Assembly (NCBI GenBank): GCA_964016885.1
Contig: OZ024741.1
Location: forward strand, 352,842,001-352,906,000
Direction: 5' to 3'
Source: Eledone cirrhosa
Taxonomy: Eukaryota
DNA length: 64,000 bases
This document shows, piece after piece, positions 56,049 through 64,000 of this stretch. Below the pieces are notes generated by a model. That model was not told the origin of the DNA and did not search any database. It was given only the letters and a program-made list of their open reading frames with translations. Within the stretch, counting starts at the first letter, position 1, and each line of letters begins with the position of its first letter. The position numbers and the translations under genes were made by a program.

Positions 56049-57760
56049 ATATATATATATATATATATGAGTATGCATATATGTGTGTGAAATTGTATGA
56101 AAACCCGTTGTAAGGACTGTATATGTAATGAAAATATCAGTCTTGTCACAGTGTCACGCTGATTCGGCAACGATATAAGTTTTTGTAGAATACTCAGCAG
56201 TTTGCACGATAATTGAATACATTGATAGATCCGTTGATAGCCCAAATGCAATAATCATTATCGGAACTGACGTGAAATCCAGTCAATTTAATTATTCTTC
56301 AAGAATGTATATTTACAAATTTCTCTTCTATTTTTAGCCTAGGCTTGAAATCTGTATATTGTGACGGAATTGTGGAAAAAGAAAATCACCGGTAGACTAA
56401 ACAGCATTGAATACATGCCATCCCAATGAGTTGTATAGTATGCCAACAGTCGGACACATTGAAAAAGATAGAGAATGGAAGAGAATTTATTTAATGTTTG
56501 TATTTTACAAAGAATTGTTTACATACCATAAATACATTTATATATTTAACGGTTATTTAATCAATTTAAAAAACAATGATCAACTGCTGAAATGAGATGA
56601 TTAAGTATACATTCACTGAATAACTTTTCTTGGACATTAAAAGTTTTATGAAAAGTGTTATATAGACATTTAGTGAGAAATTATCATTTGTAAATTCGAT
56701 CAAGTGTGAAAACAAAAGAATCTACTTTCTTTGAAGTATTTCTCATATAAGCTACATATGTCATTCTTATGCCAAATTTTCGATGAAAAGCTGTAGTTAG
56801 ATATTATATGTTTCTTTGAAGACATTTCCATTAGCCAGTGAAGTTGAATTAAAAGAATGTGACCGCACCAAAGATTTATGCAATAAGTACAGTATAATAG
56901 AAACTATCGACTTCTCTATATTCAAAGATAATATTGTTTCTCTGCCAGTAACAGAGACAAATCTTTAGCTTCAAATACAGAACACTCACTTCCTTTGTTT
57001 ACTATCGAGTTTTCTCTTCATTTAAAAAAAAAACAAAAAAAAACTATTCCGATCAATTCTCTGCCCCCCCCCCCCCTTTCGTTTTACAACAAAGTGATGA
57101 TAATGATAATGATGATGATGATGCTGATAACAATCTTTATCTTCTTTTTTAATTCTTTGGTCAATATTTTACTGATAACATAAACCCAGAAAGACGAGTT
57201 TGAAAATGGTTTTGAAATACAAATCAATTTATTCTCATGAACAATTCCTTTGAGAAAGGAATAACCTTAACGACTTTCAATTTCTAGTTCCTTTCAGGTT
57301 TTATCTCCCACGTCACTGTAAAGAAAGAATTGCAGGAAAATTTATCATGGAATAATTGATAAAGTTGTCATATCATATCATCAATACACCATGTGATGAC
57401 ACGATAATTAGTTCAATGTTGTGTTTTTGGAAAATACATGCATGTCTTAAATTCAAAATTTTACTCTTCTAGGCATTTCAGGTTCATAATTATATAAACA
57501 AAGGATTTTCTGAGAAGTTGTGGGCAGTTCGATAAAAGGTTGTTCGATCTCGTCAACTACTTCCTACGTGAGGAGGGTAATACTTGATACATGTTATGCT
57601 CCGAAACGAGGCTATGAAATTTTTCATTATATTGTTGCTTTCAATCATATTGAATAAATACAGTTGATATATTAGGTGTAATTCAATCGAGTATAACCCT
57701 ACATCTGCGAATCTGAGTAAAAATGTAAGAATGTAAGAAAACATTATTGTATCATTCATA

Positions 57761-60255
57761 TGGCGGTGGATTGGCAGTATAGGTAGAAGATCGGAAGCCA
57801 TGGTTTGCAACATAGAGTTACGGCCCTTTACACCATGGGTTCAAATCCCGCCGAGGTAAACTTTGCTTTTCATCCTTACGGGGTCGATATAATAAAGTAC
57901 CAGTAATACACTGTGGAAATTGTTGGCCTTGTTCCAAAAAGTAGAATCAATTATTGTATTATTCATAAATAATTGAGACCTTCGATTACCAGCTGAAGAC
58001 TTTGTTCTCGCCATTAATGCTATCGAAAAAGGTTTCAATCTCAAGTAACACAATTTTCCTTTACATCTGTATCAAACAAAATTCTTCTTCTCATCTCATT
58101 CTAATATATCGAACATTCGAAAATCATAATTTTCTTGATCATTTACTTACCTTTATTTGTTCAATATTTTAAAGACCAACATTAGAAGCAAGCAACACAT
58201 TGAGCTATCCACACGTGGCTTCGGAGTACAATGGATTCGTCTTTGCTTTAAGTCCAGATATAAAACATTATTACGAGGTTGATAAAATAAAGTACCAGTC
58301 ACGCACTGGGGTCGATTTAATTGACTTTCCCCTCCCTCAAAATTGTTGGCTTTGTGCCTATATAAGAAACCATTATTACGACTTTCTGTTTTTCTCCCTT
58401 TGTCTCACTTGAATCAACCTACTGCATTGTTTCTACTTCTAGGACAAGGGGAAAGACCAGTAAATCGATTCTAGTGCGTTACTGGAATAATTGTTTCTAG
58501 TTTTGGCACAAGGCCAGCAATTACCCCAGTGCATTACTGGTGCTTTATTTTATCGTCTCGGCAGGATTTGAACTCAGAACATAAAGGGCCATAACTATAT
58601 ACCGCAAAGCATGTCTGACGCTCTACCTATACTGCCAATCCACTGATCTCCCACATACCACATTGGAGACATAGAAAACAATACAGTTGATTTGTTTGAA
58701 TAAATCATATTCTCTGTAACGAAAGGTTGAAACAAAAAATCTTTAGTTGAAATTTTTTACAATTATCGATAGAATTATAAAATAAATGACAAATAGTCGT
58801 TTCATCATAAATTCTAATCATGTATTGCCCAACTCATTTAAAAGACTTCATAGAAATAAACTGAATTTAGAATTCCCCTAAGGATTCCTATTGTAGCTGT
58901 CTTCTCGAATTATTCAATTTTGCATTTTCTCGCAAATAAATTTCAATACATTGAATTCAAAGTAATCTGATTTCATAGCATTTCTTCTTTATGTTGTAGC
59001 TAAAATAAAGATTTTTGTTATTTTATAAACAGAAAGGAAAAAAGAAAAACATTTATAATAGCAAACGATCTTTATTATTTTGTTTTCATCAGACTAAGAA
59101 TGAACAAATCGACACACATGTCACGGAACAAACAAATATTGTTTTGAAAATGCCACTTGCTTGTGTACTAAGAAATGACCATGCATATTACAATGTACAG
59201 ACACTTTGACTTTTCTAATTGCTTGTTCGCAGACTGCATAGAAATCGATGTGTTGTTCCAAGAACTTACCAATTTAAAATCTTCAATTGGATTAGAAGTC
59301 AATTTTTAAGAAGCCCAACATACTAGTTTGTGTGTCAATATAATTTGAAAGAGAAATGTTTTGTTGAGAAATCACATCTTTTACTTAGGCACACGAAAAT
59401 ATTTGATGTGACAATTTATGGTTCAATATTCATAATATAAGCGGCGAATTGGCAGAGTCGTTAGAACGTCGGATAGAATGCTTTATGGTATTTGTTCCGG
59501 CTCTCTGCTCTCTGAGTTGAAATCCCACTACGGTCAACTTTGCCGTTTATCCTTTCGAGGTCGATAAAAGTACCAGTCTAGTACTGGGGTGGATTCTTCC
59601 TCTATATCTCTTTCTCATTTTCTCTCTCTCTCACTTTCTATCTTTTTCTGGAAGAAATTTGCTGTACTCAGGCCTGGAGAGGGATAGGCTCTGCCAGGCT
59701 TAAAATACCCAAGAAACGCCAGTACGAGACAATACCATTCATAATATAGGTGAACTGTTAGGGGTAATAATCTAATCTCAGGTACATATTTACATAAGTT
59801 TTCATCTTCTCATATAATCCTATTACATTTTATATTTAAATATGTAGGGACCTTTAGGTAAATTAGATTTAACTTCAACTATTGTTATGTCCTACAGGTA
59901 TATTTTTTATAAATAGTTGTCTTAATATTTCATTCCACTTAACCACATTTACTATAACTGAAAGATCAAGTAGAATGAGCTTCTTCAGATGAGCTTCAAT
60001 ATGTATCGTTCTAGTAAAATCACTAATGTTGTAAGCACCATTATTATTAATTTTATGAGGGCGGTGGATTGGCTGTATCGGTAGAGCAGCATAGATTTAC
60101 GGCCCTTTACGTTCTGAGCTCAAATCCCGACGAGGTTAGCTTCGCCTTTCATCCTTAAAGGGTCTAATCATAAAGTACCAGTAATGCACTGGGTCGATTT
60201 AATCGACTTTCCCCTCCCCTTCAAATTGCTGGCCTTGCGCCTAAAGACGAAACAA
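57761..60255. mobile_element. Dispersed SINE family B copies: 57761-57950 +, 58490-58645 -, 59441-59730 +, 60058-60255 +
   Basis: Match to 2304-2490; the interval also contains non-repeat AT-rich DNA. Confidence 0.8.
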
Positions 60256-60768
60256 TTATTATTAATCTTATAATTTCTCCCCCTCATCTCTCCTCTCTAT
60301 ATATATCGGATTTATTAGTTTGTTTCCATTTTTCCCCGTTCTCCGTCATCTCTAAACGTGTGTATCACTTGTAATCACCTATTCCTTTTTCTTGCCACCA
60401 TCTTTGCATGACTTTTTTTTACCGGTGTGCTGTTTTTTTTTTTATTAATTACATTTAATTAACACCACACAGTTCAGTTATTTTATTCCTTAGCTTTGCT
60501 ATTATCCACTATGATCAAAACCCATCCTTTCTTCATCTACCCAGGTTCATTATCTGTGGCTAATTCTCTCCTCTTTTATCGACCATATATCTAACTTTTT
60601 CGCAATAACGGTTACTTCACCTAACTCTGTGGCAAAAAGGCCACAGTTCTAACAGCGTCATTCCTCTTCGTTATTTTATGATTTATCTAGTTGAACGACT
60701 GTATGACTACCTTAACATACAGTCTTACACTTTATTTATGCTTATACGTTTTTATTCCTGGGATGTAT

Positions 60769-60819
<51 letters not shown>

Positions 60820-60998
60820 TAAACACACACACACATATATTGTTATATATATATGCTGTAGTCAGCATATGTAGACAATTTATAATAGACATAGAAACAT
60901 ATGTCAAAGCAAACAAGTTCCTAATCTCTTCACGGCGACGTTTTATTTTTCCTGGTGCAATGCTTGCTTATATATATATATATACATGTGTATGTATG

Positions 60999-61064
<66 letters not shown>

Positions 61065-62151
61065 TAATAATAAATTTGAAGACTAAAATCCAAAGAGGGC
61101 TCGATAAGGATAAATATATATAAAATATATAAGAACCGTAGAGCAAATATTTATTAAAATAACAGATTAAAGTTTAAGCAAAGAATCGCTGCTTTCACCC
61201 TTAACGGGATCTTCTGAAACTAACAAAGTCAATCTGTGAACGCAGAAGTGAATATTTCAAAAAACGTTGCAACCGGAGGAAGACAGGAAGACGATACTTT
61301 GGTTCGTGGAAACGTTCCCTGGCAAAGAATGGGAAAAAACGAATATAATACCTCATTATTTGGAGCGGTGAAAAACAATTACACGCAAAGACAAAACCAC
61401 GTTTATGGTATAAAAGAAGTCGTAGACTAATATTCTATTAGGTGGTTTATAGAGACGTTCTCTGGCAATGAACGAAAAAAACGAAGATAATACGTCATAT
61501 GTGGATCGGAGAGAACAATTGCACGCAAAGACAAAACCCCGTAAATGGTATAACTGAAGTCGTATAACACAAGCATACGCGAAAACACTCGCCATAGGTA
61601 TACACATACACGCACGTAAAAAAACCCCCAAAACCAAAAAAAAAACCGCACGCACATACAGAACCCACGCAACGCCTGTACCCGCACGCATACGAATGTA
61701 TACACCAAATACACATAAAAATATATATAAAAAAAATATATATATATGTGTGTGTGTGTGCGTGTATACATATAATTAAATAAACGTATATAAATAAATA
61801 AATACGTATATAACAAGCGCACACACATACCTACATGTAAATACACTTATGTTCGGAGACGTACGTCAACCAAAACACGAAGTACACATATACACACACC
61901 CTACATAAGTACGAACCCGCATACTCATACAGACGCAAAACTCACGTATACAGATAACCAAAAGCATATGTACCAGAAAAAATAATATATACGCCATAAC
62001 ATATACAATCAAATATACGTACGAGAAAGTATACGTACCTTCACAAAACATACAGGTAATATATACTTACCTATACAAATAAGTAATGGTATAAACATAA
62101 CATATACTTAGCTACCACATCAAGACGTAAAATATCCGCGTATAGTTCGTA

Positions 62152-62783
62152 TTATCCGATAGGGTATAATGTGGAGTTGTAATACAGGAAAGTTTTGTGC
62201 AATTTATGTATACAAGCCGAAATTGCCTCAGATTTTTTGTTTAAGATGTGGTCTTTGGCGTAGAGTATTTCCAGGGCCTCAGCGGCGTAGAGGTCACATG
62301 GTCTTTTATTTCCGTTATACGATCTATCCCTAGCTAGGATCTCCCAGTGTAACTTATATTGGGTGTGGTTGTCTTTTAGACTCCAGATATAAGCTGAAAG
62401 TGACGTCATATTCCTTCTTAAAGGGTAACGAAAGGAATGGGTATGCATGTAAAGACGCTGCTTGAACCTATTGGCGGTTAACCCTATGTAGGCCCCACGT
62501 ACGTGGGTGTTTCAACCTTACATTTGTAGACAATGTTACTAGAGAGGCATTTCCCGGATAGGGGGCAGTCAACCCGATTCCTACAATTACAGTTAGTACT
62601 AACTACAGGGTTGCACGTGTTCCTACGGCTAGGTAGTTTAGCTAAATTTGAAGCTGTGATGTTATGTGCAAGGTTAGGCGTCGTAGAGTAAAACATTTTA
62701 ATAGTATTTCTATTAAAAATTTTACTATATTTATGTGTAGAGGGAAAATGCTTCATAATAAGGGAGAGAAAGATCTTAGCTAA
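62152..62783 (-). pseudogene. Frameshifted PLE ORF C-terminus: Cys-rich linker plus GIY-YIG endonuclease
   Basis: KIFNRNTIKMFYSTTPNL, CNCRNRVDCPLSGKC, NIVYKCKV, TSLSAYIWSLK, LNKKSEAISACIH. Confidence 0.88.
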
Positions 62784-62934
62784 TGGTCCGCTCCAAATAA
62801 TGACGTATTATATTCATTTTTTCCCGTTCTTTGCCAGGGAACGTTTCCACGAACCAAAGTATCGTCTTCCTGTCTTCCTCCGGTTGCAAGGTTTTTTGAA
62901 ATATTCACTTCTGCGTTCACAGATTGACTTTGTT

Positions 62935-62985
62935 AGTTTCAGAAGATCCCGTTAAGGGTGAAAGCAGCGATTCTTTGCTTAAACT
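62935..62985 (+). ncRNA. Variant hammerhead motif (U4A) in pLTR; mirror copy 61171-61221 on minus
   Basis: AGTTT-CAGAAGA-T-CCC(gttaa)GGG-T-GAAA-GCA(gcgattctt)TGC-TT-AAACT: three stems pair, one core deviation. Confidence 0.65.
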
Positions 62986-62996
62986 TTAATCTGTTA

Positions 62997-63066
<70 letters not shown>

Positions 63067-63127
63067 CTATTTATATATATAATCTATTTATAATATATAC
63101 AAAACACAATAATTTGAAACATGTATG

Positions 63128-63410
63128 TTATTATTATTTCTTTTATCTTAGGTTTCGTTGGAACTTCTGAATTCTTGCATGAGTAGCGGGTTTGCCACCC
63201 ACGACCTAAGGTGTCATGCTACTTCTACTCTTCAACTATCTAGTACTTTTCTGATAATCCTGGCTGTGCCAAGGAGGTAAAACCTTTGCAATAGCTCTAC
63301 TGGACACTCTATTCTAACTTTCTTTGTGTACCTCTCAATATCTTTTGATACTGTCTCAAATCCCCAACAACAATTGGCATTAAATTTACCTTTTTAATCT
63401 TCCACAAGAA
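63128..63410 (-). mobile_element. Dong/R4-clade retrotransposon 3' fragment with short (TAA)n flank
   Basis: LWKIKKVNLMPIVVG...VELLQ...LLGTARIIRKVLDS* across frameshifts. Confidence 0.8.
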
Positions 63411-64000
63411 GAAATATCTACATACCAATATGGAACAGGAAAATTGTTACATTCGAAAGCAACATAAATGTATTTTTCTTTCGCCTTTTTTTTTGTCCAA
63501 CGTCAGTTGTGTTTTCTTCCCGAATAACTATCCATGGATAGCTATTGATGTACTGGTGGTGAATAGTCCTGTCTTATAAAGCATCCGAAACTATAATAAT
63601 AGCCATTGAGCGGCAATAGTCCATGTGCTTGTCTCTTCCGAGTTTTCTGTTTCCTAGAATAATCGTCCACTTGTGTCTATATCTCTTGCCTTGGGTTGAA
63701 AGTAATCACACCACGCGGCTTTCAGTATGGAGTGAGTTTTGATGGACTTATCTCTGGATATGTACAAGTATATTGTTTTATATACTATTTTTGCATCTCT
63801 ATTTTTGATAGAATGCCTAACCTAGACTATACCCCTGATGAGTATCAGAGTCTCCCGCAGTTTAATCATAATCGATAGATTGATAACCGATTACATAGAT
63901 CGATTTTAAGTTACGGTCTACTGAACACGAAATAGTGCTATAGGGAACTCTACTGATTTCATCTAGAGTACATATTCATCATTTAAATATGTGCTTTGAA

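Larger units (their letters stand above)
61061..63004 (-). mobile_element. 5'-truncated Neptune-type Penelope-like retroelement with inverted pLTRs, in (TA)n
   Basis: 217-bp inverted repeats 61152-61368/62788-63004; GIY-YIG region on minus; (TA)n on both sides. Confidence 0.9.

Overview
AT-rich, microsatellite-dense eukaryotic DNA with no recognisable intact host gene. The SINE/LINE repertoire looks like a coleoid cephalopod (Octopus); this is an inference. Most of the window is SINEs, LINE fragments (RTE, CR1-like, Tx1/L1, R4/Dong, CRE-like), MITEs, a Helitron, a 5'-truncated Neptune-type Penelope-like element (PLE) and very long simple repeats. The long ORFs in the track are translations of simple repeats or retroelement ORFs. 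The main signal is about a dozen short fold-back elements set in or beside (TA)n tracts, typically (TA)n-arm/inverted arm-tail-(TA)n. They belong to several unrelated sequence families, and five families carry a hand-foldable type I hammerhead ribozyme, as in the inverted pLTRs of the Neptune-like PLE at 61-63 kb. Each retroelement clade also sits in its own microsatellite class, and R4 copies sit in the (TATG)n tails of another LINE family. All folding and alignment was done by eye; repeat boundaries are approximate unless a TSD or arm end is quoted.
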